Origin: Planctomycetia bacterium
Lineage (GTDB): Bacteria; Planctomycetota; UBA8108; SXIK01
DNA: 64,000 nt
Direction: 5' to 3'
Assembly (NCBI GenBank): GCA_005772855.1
Contig: SXIK01000008.1
Location: forward strand, 11,344-75,343
In this document: positions 43,478-53,300 of the stretch, piece by piece
Layout: every line of letters starts with the position of its first letter
Numbering within the stretch: the first letter of the stretch is position 1
Translations under genes and position numbers: made by a program
Notes under the pieces: generated by a model
The model's input: the letters and a program-made list of their open reading frames with translations, nothing else
Database searches by the model: none
Told to the model about the DNA's origin: nothing

Positions 43478-46201
43478 ATGGCCCCCAGGAAGTGTATTAC
43501 CGGCAGAATAGGTGACGCCTCGTTTCAGGAGGTCCTCTCCCTCATTCAATGGGGTACCGAAGAGGCTATATTTTCCGTCCACCGCGGAGATGCCGAGAAG
43601 ATCATTCACTTTGCCCCGGGGCGGGCCCTTGTCCTGGAGTTGCCATCTCCAGACCGTGGGCCAGCGAGGGATGCCTTGACAGGAAGCACGCTGTCGGAGG
43701 CTCTACTCGAGGCGGCCGCGTGGCAAGGCGCTCTCTTTGAATACCTTGAAGGTCCCGCGCCGGGCACGTTTGCAGAGGCCAAGGGGGTTATCACCATCGA
43801 CGAGGCAGCTCGCGAGCGGGTCGCCGGGCATACGGAGTCCGTGGCCCGTGGCTCGGTGCCCACGTTGCTTCCAGGTTCGGATAGCGATCCGCTCCGCAGG
43901 ATTGACGCCTTCGTCCCGCTCTTGCCGACAGCGCAGGCAAAAGGCCTCTTTCTCCGCGAACTGGCGGATTGCTACAAGGCCATCGGCTGCACAAGGCGGG
44001 CCGTCCTGTGTCTCCGGCAACTTGCCGCCCACCAGGTGGAGTGGGGTGCTCTCTTGAATGCCATCAAGACGCTCGAAGACGCGATCCGCATCTGTCCGAG
44101 TGACTTTCCTGCCGCCAGCGAACTGGTCCTGCTTGCGCAGCGCGTCAAGGATCCACGACTGGCGGAAAACACTGCAAAGTCAGTATGCACGGAGCTCCAC
44201 AAACACGGGTTGGGAGACGAGGCCGCCCGGCTCTGTCGACTCCTGCTCGAGAGTCCATCAGACCCCTTTCTCAAGTCCATTGTGGGCGAACTGCGGCTCG
44301 ACCGAGGCGACGTCAAGGGAGGCGTGAGGGAGCTCTGGTTCGCGGCCCAAGCCCATGAGGAGAGCAAGTCTCTCCTGGCCTCCGAGCGGGTCCTGAGGCG
44401 CATTCTGGCGGTGGACCCGACGCATGCCGGGGCTCGCAAGAAGTTACGCAGCCTTCGGAACCGACGTGTCCTGGTATCGCAGCTGAGACGCTGGGCGACA
44501 CTGCTCACCGCGCTCGTGATCATCGGGGGCTGGTATTCCTGGGATTTCAGGTCCGTCTCCGCGTCTGCGGCCCTGCGCCAATCGGGGGAGTCCATGGAGC
44601 CCCGAGAGGCAATCCAGCTTGTGAGAGACGCCGCCTTCCAGTATCCCGTCACTCTCCACGTAGAACGCATGGCGAGCCTGGAACGGGCTCTGGTCGCAAA
44701 ATCCTTTGAGGATGACCGGCAGCAACTCTCGCAGGCGCTCGCAAAGCTGGAGGACGGCCGACTTACTGAGGCCAGGGCGATCCTTGAGAAAGTCAACAAG
44801 AGTTCCCTATTCCAATTGATTCGTGACCGCTCCCACTCTGGCATGGACGAGATTCAGCATCGCCGCAAGACGGTGGAAACTCGAATCGGAGAGGCTTCAG
44901 AGCACCTGAAGGAGCACCGATACGACCGGGCATTCGAAGTTTACCGAGAGCTCCTGTCTGTCGGTGTGGATCCCGAGATCGTCTCGAGCTTACTGGTCCC
45001 GATTCGAGTCGAGACTTTTCCTCAGGGAGGACGGCTGCGCGTCGCTGATCGGGAGGTTGGCGCAACTCCGAATTGGGTGCTCATGCCTGCCGAGCGTGAG
45101 TGCAAGCTTGAGATCTTCATGCCGGGGTTTACCAGGACGGAGATCCTGGGACCAGTCTGGGATTCTGTGGAGCGAAAGGATCCAGTGCTGCGGGTCCCGC
45201 TTCTCCCCGAGAAGCTCGTGGAGGTTCCTACGGCTGGAGGGGTCTTTGCCTCCGGCATGATGCACAACCTGTCCGTTGTTGTGGTGCTTGGGGCCGACGG
45301 CGTCCTTCGGGCCCTGTCGGCAGCGAAGCCTGTGCGTTGGGAGCTGGTATTGGATTTGAATTGGGCCAGCTACAGCGCCCCGTGCATGGTTTCAAAAACC
45401 ATCGTGCTCGGGTCGACTCAGGGAAGGGCCTTCGGGTATTCCGCGCTGCTTGGAAATCTTCAGTGGGAATGTGCACTTGGGAAAAAAGGGGGCCTGGTGA
45501 CCGTCGGGCCGAGTCTTGGCGGACAGGTGTTGGCCACCGGATCTGAGGGGGCGATGCTGATCAATGCCGAGACGGGCCGAGTTACCCGGCAGCTCGACGT
45601 GCCCCTCGCGCGACGCTTTGCATTCCAGAGTATTGCAGGTGAGACCGCCGTCTTCCTGTTGGATGGTGGAGACTGGATCGGGGTAGACGTGCGGACGGGG
45701 AGACGAGTCTTCGAGCAGCGGAGACAGTTTCCGAGCGTTGAGTGGATCACCACGGCTGGCAACCACGTCGTCGTCGGTGGGCGTGATGGAAATGTCATGG
45801 TGATGTCGATGGATTCGCGAGTGGAACGTTGGCGAAAGTCGTTTGCGGAGCGATCCCTGGGCGCTTTCGCAATCGATTCAAAGCTTGTCGTCATTGGAAC
45901 GAGCGCGGGATTGCTTTTTGGGTTCCATCTGCAAACAGGCGATGTGGCGTGGCAGGCAGACCTTCGTGCTCCAATTACCGAGCTGACTGTTTGCCCGACG
46001 GGTGAATCGAGGACTCTTGTCGCGCACACCGATCGTCGGGGCGAACGGGTTTTTGTTTGTGTCAGCACGTGGGATGGCCGAGCTCTCTGGGAGGCGCCGT
46101 TGGGTCCCACAGGGGCTTCATGGGCTGCCATCAACAAGGGGTGTGTCGGCCTCAGCACGGCAGCGGGCGGTGTGTTGCTCCTGAGGTCGCCGGGACGATG
46201 A
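43478..46201 (+). CDS. DUF4388-like, TPR, TM, PEGA-like and PQQ-like beta-propeller protein
   Basis: ITGRIGDASFQEVLSLIQ; TPRs ending ILAVDPTHAGARKKL; TM WATLLTALVIIGGWYSW; VETFPQGGRLRV..VGATP; propeller blades GNLQWE, GRRVFE, ERWRK, GDVAWQ, GRALWE. AAGGAG upstream. Confidence 0.75.
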   Translation: MAPRKCITGRIGDASFQEVLSLIQWGTEEAIFSVHRGDAEKIIHFAPGRALVLELPSPDRGPARDALTGSTLSEALLEAAAWQGALFEYLEGPAPGTFAEAKGVITIDEAARERVAGHTESVARGSVPTLLPGSDSDPLRRIDAFVPLLPTAQAKGLFLRELADCYKAIGCTRRAVLCLRQLAAHQVEWGALLNAIKTLEDAIRICPSDFPAASELVLLAQRVKDPRLAENTAKSVCTELHKHGLGDEAARLCRLLLESPSDPFLKSIVGELRLDRGDVKGGVRELWFAAQAHEESKSLLASERVLRRILAVDPTHAGARKKLRSLRNRRVLVSQLRRWATLLTALVIIGGWYSWDFRSVSASAALRQSGESMEPREAIQLVRDAAFQYPVTLHVERMASLERALVAKSFEDDRQQLSQALAKLEDGRLTEARAILEKVNKSSLFQLIRDRSHSGMDEIQHRRKTVETRIGEASEHLKEHRYDRAFEVYRELLSVGVDPEIVSSLLVPIRVETFPQGGRLRVADREVGATPNWVLMPAERECKLEIFMPGFTRTEILGPVWDSVERKDPVLRVPLLPEKLVEVPTAGGVFASGMMHNLSVVVVLGADGVLRALSAAKPVRWELVLDLNWASYSAPCMVSKTIVLGSTQGRAFGYSALLGNLQWECALGKKGGLVTVGPSLGGQVLATGSEGAMLINAETGRVTRQLDVPLARRFAFQSIAGETAVFLLDGGDWIGVDVRTGRRVFEQRRQFPSVEWITTAGNHVVVGGRDGNVMVMSMDSRVERWRKSFAERSLGAFAIDSKLVVIGTSAGLLFGFHLQTGDVAWQADLRAPITELTVCPTGESRTLVAHTDRRGERVFVCVSTWDGRALWEAPLGPTGASWAAINKGCVGLSTAAGGVLLLRSPGR

Positions 46202-46242
46202 TGGGCCTACCGCGGCACGATTCGGAGTGACCTTCCGGGTAA

Positions 46243-47241
46243 TCAGAACGCTGCGAAGGCTGCGTTGACGAACGTGCTTACGGGCGCCTGTTCCCGGAGA
46301 TCCTCAATCGTCTCGCGGCCGAGGACCAGGATGCGGACCAGCTCATCCCAGGCCTTGGGGTTGTTTACGATCTGGCCGAGCGTCCCCTGGCCCGTGTTGA
46401 CCTTGTGAACCACGTCGTGGAAGTCTGCAATGATGGCAGAGAGCTGGTTGGCAAGCTCCTTGTCGTTGATGAGGCGCGAGGCGATGCCACCGCCCTCTTT
46501 CACCTCGGTAATGATCTCGTTCAGTCTTTCCACGGTGGAGCGCAGGCTCTCCTTGGCCTTCTCGTCGCGTAGAAGGTAGGAAACGATCCCCTTGTCGTTC
46601 GTCACGTCCTCACGAAGCTTGGCAATTGTTTCGCTGGCATCCGAAATGAGCTTCTCGGCCTTGTCTCCCATGCCCTTGTCCCGGATCAGGCGCCCGAGCA
46701 AGCCTTCTCCGACGTTCGCCGAGCGGAAAGTTTCCTTGAACTCGTTGACCGCGCTGTTCATGTTCTCAAGGAGTTGCGTCACCTTGCCGTTCTCCTGAAC
46801 GAGCTGAGCGAGCTGCTTGAAGAGGTCGCCGGTGGCTTCTCCCACGAAGGCCGAGGTCGGGGCCTGGGGCTTGTCGTTCGGTGGGGCCGGCTGGATCTCC
46901 AGATAGCGGCCGCCGAGAGGCCCTGCGCTGTAGACCTTGAAGCTCGTTCCGCTGCCAATCCGCCCGAGAATTTCCCTTGGGACACTGCACTCAACCACGA
47001 TGGGCGTGGCCGGGGCTGTGTCCGGATCGTAGGAGATTCGGTCGACCTGTCCGACGCGAAGTCCATGAATTACCACGTCGTCTCCTTGCTCGAGCTGGTC
47101 GACAGAAGCAAAGCGTACGCTCAGGGCTTCCGCCTTGTTGAGAAATGGAATCGAGCTGATCTTGAGCGTCGCGACCCCCAGGATGCCGAGGCTCCCAAGG
47201 AACACAAGTCCCACGATCAGGTTTCTGGCGGCGTTGACCAT
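46243..47241 (-). CDS. mlaD: MCE/MlaD protein with long repeated helical C-terminus
   Basis: N-terminal TM NLIVGLVFL, LEQGDDVVIHGLRVGQV, GPLGGRYLEIQP; four GxxxxL[IL]xD-type helical repeats. Confidence 0.85.
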   Translation of the reverse strand: MVNAARNLIVGLVFLGSLGILGVATLKISSIPFLNKAEALSVRFASVDQLEQGDDVVIHGLRVGQVDRISYDPDTAPATPIVVECSVPREILGRIGSGTSFKVYSAGPLGGRYLEIQPAPPNDKPQAPTSAFVGEATGDLFKQLAQLVQENGKVTQLLENMNSAVNEFKETFRSANVGEGLLGRLIRDKGMGDKAEKLISDASETIAKLREDVTNDKGIVSYLLRDEKAKESLRSTVERLNEIITEVKEGGGIASRLINDKELANQLSAIIADFHDVVHKVNTGQGTLGQIVNNPKAWDELVRILVLGRETIEDLREQAPVSTFVNAAFAAF

Positions 47242-47261
47242 TCGAATCCTCCTTTGATTTC

Positions 47262-48074
47262 TCAGTGCTTGTTCTGGGCCAGGAGTCCATCCGTGATCGG
47301 GCCATGCGGGGAGCCCGTGATGAACTGCTGGACCACCGGATGGTTTGTACTCTTGATCTCCTCGGGTGTCCCGGAGGCAATGATTCGGCCCTCGTAGAGC
47401 ATGGCGATTCGATGACCGACTCTGTAAGCGCTATCCATGTCGTGAGTGACGACGACTTGTGAGGCCTTGAGGGTCTTGCCTGTGTTGGCGATGACCTCGT
47501 CGATGGTGCGGGCGATCACGGGGTCCAGGCCGCTGGTCGGCTCGTCGTAAAGAATGATTCTTGGGCCGAGCACAATCGCCCTGGCGAGTGCTGCGCGTTT
47601 CTTCATGCCGCCCGAAATTTGCCCCGGATACTTGCCGGCCGCTGCTTCCATCTCAACGAGCTTCAGTTTTTCGGCCACGAGTTGACGCCTCTCGGAGGCG
47701 CTCAGGTCGGCCCGGTGTTCGAGGAGGGGCAGCTCCACGTTTTCCTCAATCGTCATCCAATTCAGAAGTGCCGAAGACTGAAAAAGGTAGCCCATGCGGA
47801 GGCGAGCCTGATCGCGCTCCTTGCGGGACAGCTTGGCCATGTCCCGGCCGAACACAAGGACCTGACCTCGGTCCGGTGCCTCAAGTCCGACGACGTGCTT
47901 GATCGTCACGCTCTTGCCCGAGCCGCTCCTGCCGATGACGACGAGAGTCTCGCTCTCGAAGAGCTTGAGATCGACTCCACGGAGCACTTTTTGCGTCCCA
48001 AACGCCTTCTCAACGCCGAGCAGCTCGACGAGGGGTTCCAGGGTCTGCTGGCTTGCGGGCGTTTCGCTCACCAC
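47262..48074 (-). CDS. mlaF: MlaF-type ABC ATPase
   Basis: GRSGSGKS, GYLFQSSALLNWMT, ISGGMKKRAALARA, LYDEPTSGLDP, VVTHD, HPVVQQFI. Confidence 0.92.
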   Translation of the reverse strand: MVSETPASQQTLEPLVELLGVEKAFGTQKVLRGVDLKLFESETLVVIGRSGSGKSVTIKHVVGLEAPDRGQVLVFGRDMAKLSRKERDQARLRMGYLFQSSALLNWMTIEENVELPLLEHRADLSASERRQLVAEKLKLVEMEAAAGKYPGQISGGMKKRAALARAIVLGPRIILYDEPTSGLDPVIARTIDEVIANTGKTLKASQVVVTHDMDSAYRVGHRIAMLYEGRIIASGTPEEIKSTNHPVVQQFITGSPHGPITDGLLAQNKH

Positions 48075-48856
48075 TCAATCCGGAAGAAAATGAAGGTCAC
48101 GTAGTAGCCCAGGATAATGATCAGCAGGTACGAGATGACGACGGCCCGTCTCGTGGCGAGGCCCACACCAATGGCTCCGCCACTTGTGCGCAGACCCTGG
48201 GAACAACCCACGACCGCGATCACAATGCCAAAGATGAACGCCTTGAGGAGGCCTGTGTACATGTCCTTGTTGGTCAGAGCATTGAGTGCTTCCGTCTTGA
48301 ATCTGAGATAGCTCACGCCGTACTGGCTCGAGCTGACGACTGCCGCCCCAAGAATTCCCACGAGGCTTGTGTAAACGGTGAGGACCGGCGTCATGATCGC
48401 CATCGCGATCAGTCGTGGCAGCACGAGGAACCTGGCGGGCTCAATGGCCATGATCTCGAGGGCGTCGATCTCCTCCGAAACCTTCATCGTGCCCAGTTCG
48501 GCCGCCATGGCGGATCCGACACTGGCCGCAAGTATGAGCGCTGTCATGAACGGGCCCATCTCGCGAGTCATGGAGATTGTGACGATCTGCCCGATCAGGG
48601 CCTCCTGGCCCAACTTCGCCAGGGTGATTCCTCCGTTCAAGGCCAGAATCATTCCTGTGAATACGCTCACGACCATGACCACGGGGATCGTCGTGATCCC
48701 ACAGATAAACAACTGACGAAAAAGTGCTGCTCGGTAGTGCCATCGGATCAAAGTGCCAACGAGCAGGCTCGTCCTGGCAAGAAGCGCGAGACCGAAGCCT
48801 GCGCCCTCGGAGGCCCTCGAGATGAACTCGCCTGTCTGTGTGATCCAGCGAATCAT
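48068..48856 (-). CDS. mlaE: MlaE-type ABC permease
   Basis: VFTGMILAL, REMGPFMTALILAASVGSAMAAELGTMKVSEEIDALEIM, FLVLPRL, VGLATRRAVV. Confidence 0.94.
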   Translation of the reverse strand: MIRWITQTGEFISRASEGAGFGLALLARTSLLVGTLIRWHYRAALFRQLFICGITTIPVVMVVSVFTGMILALNGGITLAKLGQEALIGQIVTISMTREMGPFMTALILAASVGSAMAAELGTMKVSEEIDALEIMAIEPARFLVLPRLIAMAIMTPVLTVYTSLVGILGAAVVSSSQYGVSYLRFKTEALNALTNKDMYTGLLKAFIFGIVIAVVGCSQGLRTSGGAIGVGLATRRAVVISYLLIIILGYYVTFIFFRIEW

Positions 48857-48863
48857 GGGGCGA

Positions 48864-50324
48864 TCATCTCCAGGGTGAGACCCAGGGAAGGTAGAAGAGT
48901 CTTAGCGACGCCGAGCCGCCACGTTTCCCCACCTCGAACAGACCGCCCAACACGCTGAAGAGCGCATCGCCTTGCGGGGGCTCGACGCGATACATCAAGA
49001 CTCCGTAGAGGAACTCCCACCCGGAGATTTCGGGTTTCCACCGGTATCTGAAAATGTTGAACCACCTGGAGTAGAGCCGGTCGTAGTCGTCTCTGCGGAG
49101 CCAGAGAGGGGAAAAGAGATCAAACGAGGCGATTGCGCCGACGTGCCTGTTTCGAAGGAGAGGCCACAGGGTCCACTCGCTTTCGATCTCGAGCGTATCT
49201 TTGTCAATGTAATGGAAATGCCACAGGAGGGGAAGGAGCCAGAACCGGGTAGTCTCCTCGAGGCCGTCCGTGGTCCACTCATAGCGTTCGAAAGGCCAGA
49301 GGAAGAAGTGCCGATAAGTTCGGCGAATGACACCGCCGAGATCCGTACCGTGGCTGGTTCGTTTCACCCCAAAAAATGGCCACAGATCCGTCTGCCCGTC
49401 CGTGAATCGGTAGGGGATGAGGAACCCGAGGTAGGTCTTGCGGTCGTACTTCCGGTCGTAATGCGTCTGGAAAAACGGCCAGAGGTAGGTGTAGGTCTCC
49501 GTGCGCTGATTCGTCCTTGCGCCATAGAAGGGCAGCGAGAAGAAGACCTCCGTCGGATCGATGTGCGCCTGATCCTTGCGGCGGATGTAAAAGGGCCATA
49601 GCAAGAACCCCCTGTCGTGGCGAAGCTTTCCATCTTCGCCGATCGATCGATAACGTCCGTAGAAAGGCCAGAGGCGCGAGCCGGATTCTTCCCCCTGCCA
49701 CGCATTGGTTCCCCAGACACGATTGTAGAATGGCCAAACAATATGAAGCGAGTGGCGTTCGCGGTCTCGGGCATGCCACCACAGCGGGAAGAGCCAGAAG
49801 GTGATCTCGTCCTGCGCGAGGAGGCCTTTGAGTTTGCCAGCAAGGGGAAAAAATGCGAAGTAGGAGCCCTCGTCGGGATCGGAGCCGCCGAAGAAAAAAG
49901 GGAGCAAGAACCAGTCACTGTCTTCCCCCGATTGTGGCTGCGGATAACTACGGTATTGAAATACTGGGAGTACCGAGTACCGGTGGCCATCGAGGCCCCA
50001 GTGGAAGTCCAGCAATGGGCTCAGGAACCTCACGTGATGGCCTGTGGCGCGGAAATGCGAGCCCGAGCCCGGTGTCAGCATGCGGGCTTGCGTCTTGGTC
50101 GTGGACGCGCTTTCGAGATCCTCGTAGCTTCCGAGTGGACGGAAGAAGTACTCGTGCCCGTGCTCGGAGCCGACACTGGAGGGAGTGTCGTAGACCTCGA
50201 AGACGGGTGGCACGCCCCAGGTGCCTTCAGGGGTACGGCAGCCGGAGAGAGCGAGAGTCAGCAGGGCAGCCAGGCAGGTGATTACCCGGCGTGCGGGAGT
50301 CGTCCCTGGCGACTTGTAGATCAC
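48864..50324 (-). CDS. Lipoprotein with about 18 aromatic xx[WLF]P[FL]x repeats; function unknown
   Basis: Lipobox LALSGC; repeats IVWPFY, RLWPFY, LLWPFY, YLWPFF, DLWPFF, FLWPFE, TLWPLL and others. GTGA overlap with the upstream giant gene; 7-nt gap to mlaE. Confidence 0.8.
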   Translation of the reverse strand: MIYKSPGTTPARRVITCLAALLTLALSGCRTPEGTWGVPPVFEVYDTPSSVGSEHGHEYFFRPLGSYEDLESASTTKTQARMLTPGSGSHFRATGHHVRFLSPLLDFHWGLDGHRYSVLPVFQYRSYPQPQSGEDSDWFLLPFFFGGSDPDEGSYFAFFPLAGKLKGLLAQDEITFWLFPLWWHARDRERHSLHIVWPFYNRVWGTNAWQGEESGSRLWPFYGRYRSIGEDGKLRHDRGFLLWPFYIRRKDQAHIDPTEVFFSLPFYGARTNQRTETYTYLWPFFQTHYDRKYDRKTYLGFLIPYRFTDGQTDLWPFFGVKRTSHGTDLGGVIRRTYRHFFLWPFERYEWTTDGLEETTRFWLLPLLWHFHYIDKDTLEIESEWTLWPLLRNRHVGAIASFDLFSPLWLRRDDYDRLYSRWFNIFRYRWKPEISGWEFLYGVLMYRVEPPQGDALFSVLGGLFEVGKRGGSASLRLFYLPWVSPWR

Positions 50325-53300
50325 TCCAGCGTGACCTTCGGGAAGAAGTTGGGAATGATGAAGCGCCAGACGGGGCTATTTTTCTGATTGCGTGGCAGGA
50401 GGTGACAGGGATTGATGCTCAATGTCTTGGTTGCGCCCTGGCCTCGGTCGTCGTCCGTGAGAAGCAAGCTCAGCCCAAAGGTGTAGCCGCCGGGAGGCGG
50501 TGTTCGCTCGAAGGTCGACTGAAAGGACGCCCACGGCAGGCCCACCTCATAAATCGCTCCCGAGTTGTCGTCTTTCTTCTTTACCGAAAAAAGTCCTGCA
50601 GGTTTTCGCTCCTCATCCTCGTCCTCTTCCTCGTCATCACCGTCTGGTGAGTCATCGTCCTTCTTGGGCTTGTCGAGTTTGTTGCGCTTGGGTACTGTGA
50701 GCGCGAGTGTCATGAGCTGGTCGTTTCCGTGCTGCCAGTACCCACCGTCGTTGGTCGGGTCGAGGCCAATGATCAGGCAGTCCCCTTTCCAGTTCTCGGC
50801 ATCCCGGTCATAGGGGTAGATGTTGTCGTCGGAAACGTCCAGCGCGAAGTAGAAGAACTTCTCATCCCAGCCAGTGTAGAGTATGGCAGAGAGGTCCTCG
50901 TCTCCTTCCCAGTCGCGCAGCTGCTCCGGCACTGGAATCGTCCCGACGTACTTGGGGCCTGAAAGCGTGACTCGTGTCGAGACGTCCCATGGGTCGCTCA
51001 GGTCGCCGTCAATGGCCGGCGGTGTCGAAAAATGGCGAGCTGAGAGTGTGGGCACGCTCTCCTTCATCCATTCTTCCTTGAGGCCGTCGAGCATGTAACT
51101 GAGGAGAAACCGCTTCTCGGCTCCACGTTCGTTGAGAATCTCCTCCGAGAGTAATGCGCGGTTGAGTATGTTCATCGCCGAGGGGAGGTCATTGCCTCGA
51201 AAGTACTCCAGCGCGAGGCGGGTGGTGTTCTCCACGGCCCCGGGATTCGACAGGAAGAGCTTCAGTGCTCGCGTGCCGAAGCTTGAGCCCGACCCGGGGA
51301 GGGCCTCGAGAGTGATGGGGGAAGATTGGGTGCTCAGGAGCCCTCCGTCGGCGCCATCCTGGGGAGGCTGCTGGGGGGTGAAAGGGATCTTTCGTGCAAG
51401 CTTTGTCGAATCTGCTGACTCGAACGCGCAGTCGCCGCCGTCGGTGAGAATGACGAGCTTGCCCTGGAGCACGGCAAAGGAGCAGTCTTTCTTCTCAGCC
51501 AGGAATGTTCCTACCATGGACGCCTGCGCGGAGCGAGGAGCCCCGGTCGACTTGTCGAAAGTTGCTATGGAGTTGGGAGCATCGAGAAAGAAGATACTAT
51601 CACCGCCTGCTTGAATCCTGTCGGGAATGGCGCCGAATCCACCTCCGAGTTGTGCCTCGGCCGGCCAGAGAGGCTCGACGAGCTGTTTCTCGCCGGCGAC
51701 TCCCTCCCGCACTTGAAGGGCGACCAGCTTCCAGGTCCCTTGCCCATAGACTACATAGAATTTATTCCGATCCCGGGTGATTGCGACAGATGAGGCTTCG
51801 GGCTTGAACTTCTCAAAACTCCACAGCTCTCGGCCGCTGGCGAGGTCGATCATGACCAGGATTGGCCACCGATTGGCCTTGCTTTGCATGGAAAGCAGGC
51901 ATTCGTCGGGTGCCTCCGCGAAGTGGAAAGCGTCCTCGATCGTGCCGGTCCGTTTGTATTCCCAGCGCACACGTTTTTCCACCAAGTCGAGGAGCTTGAT
52001 CGTGCCGCCGTTCGTGAGCCCAACGCGCCCGCCTTCGAGGCTCAAGGCCACGCGGTAGACCCCGTCCTTGAGCGAGGCAAGCGCCCTGGAGAGCTCCTCA
52101 TCCTCAATTTCCTCTCCGCTCGCTGCCGCGTGAATGCGAAGGCCGAACGGCTGAGTGATCACGTAGAGTCGGTCTCCCAGAACAATGGGCTGTTCCACGG
52201 CAACGTTGTAGCCCTTCCCAACTCTTGCTTCCCAGACGAGTTCGCCCTGCAGGCTCAGGCGAAGTACCCGAGAGCGGGTTGTCGCAAAAATGCCCTGGGC
52301 GGTAATTTGAACGCCGCGTAGCTTTTCGCGCAGGCGAACTCGTAATGGCTCGGAAGGGTCGCCAGGCTCCTCGTTGCCCCCTATGGGTAGGTGCCACCTG
52401 ACCGTGCCCCTGACCGGTTCCACCGCAAAGAGGTTCTGTTCGTCATTCAGGACGAGCAAGGTCTCTTCCTTGGCGCTACTCGTGACAGAAGGCATGTACC
52501 GGCCACTGAAGGCCAATCGCCCAACTCTTGGGAGATGAAACCCACGGCCGAGGCCAGGGTCGTTGAACCGGAAGCCGGGGATCATCTCCAGGTTGATCTT
52601 CCACACAGGCAAGCCGCTCTCCACCTCGCGCATCTCGATCACGTCCTCTGACTGCGTGAGGAAACAATTCTTCGAACGTTCCGGTGGTGTGCCACGCGGG
52701 GCGAGAAAGCTGCGCTTGATGGCCTGCAAGTCCGCCGGAGACCGCCAGGACATTCGGATTGGGAATCGGAGCGGGCGTACCTGCTCCATCGCAGCCTCGG
52801 CAAGGCTGGAATCGCCCAGAAGCGGACGGATATAAGCTTCGACGGCCTCGCCGGGTCGTGCGCCTTCCACGCCTTCGACAGGGCTTGCCCCGTGGTGCTC
52901 GAGGAGGTCCAGGTAACGGTCTCGAGCCGCCTTGGCTTGCCCTGACTGGCGCAGCAGGTTGGCAGCCAGGAGCTTCACCTTCACAAGATCCTGACCTTCG
53001 GGGAAGTCACGGAGGTACCCGTCGAGCGCGTTGATGGCCTGCTCGTAGCCCTGAGCGTCACGGTAGAGCCGGGCGAGGTCCAGGTAGGCCTCGGCGGCGC
53101 TCGGAGTGAAGGGGAACAGGCGAAGGAGATCGCGATAAGCACCAGGTGTCTTGATCTTGCTCCGCGCCCGACGCAGCGCCTCGCTAGCGATCGCATCGAC
53201 CTTCTGGAAAACGTTGGAGGTTTCACCTGAGCTCTTGCGCAGCTCCAGGATCTTGTCGCGGATGTAGTCGACGCTCTCCACGGCCAGGACGCCGTCGGGC

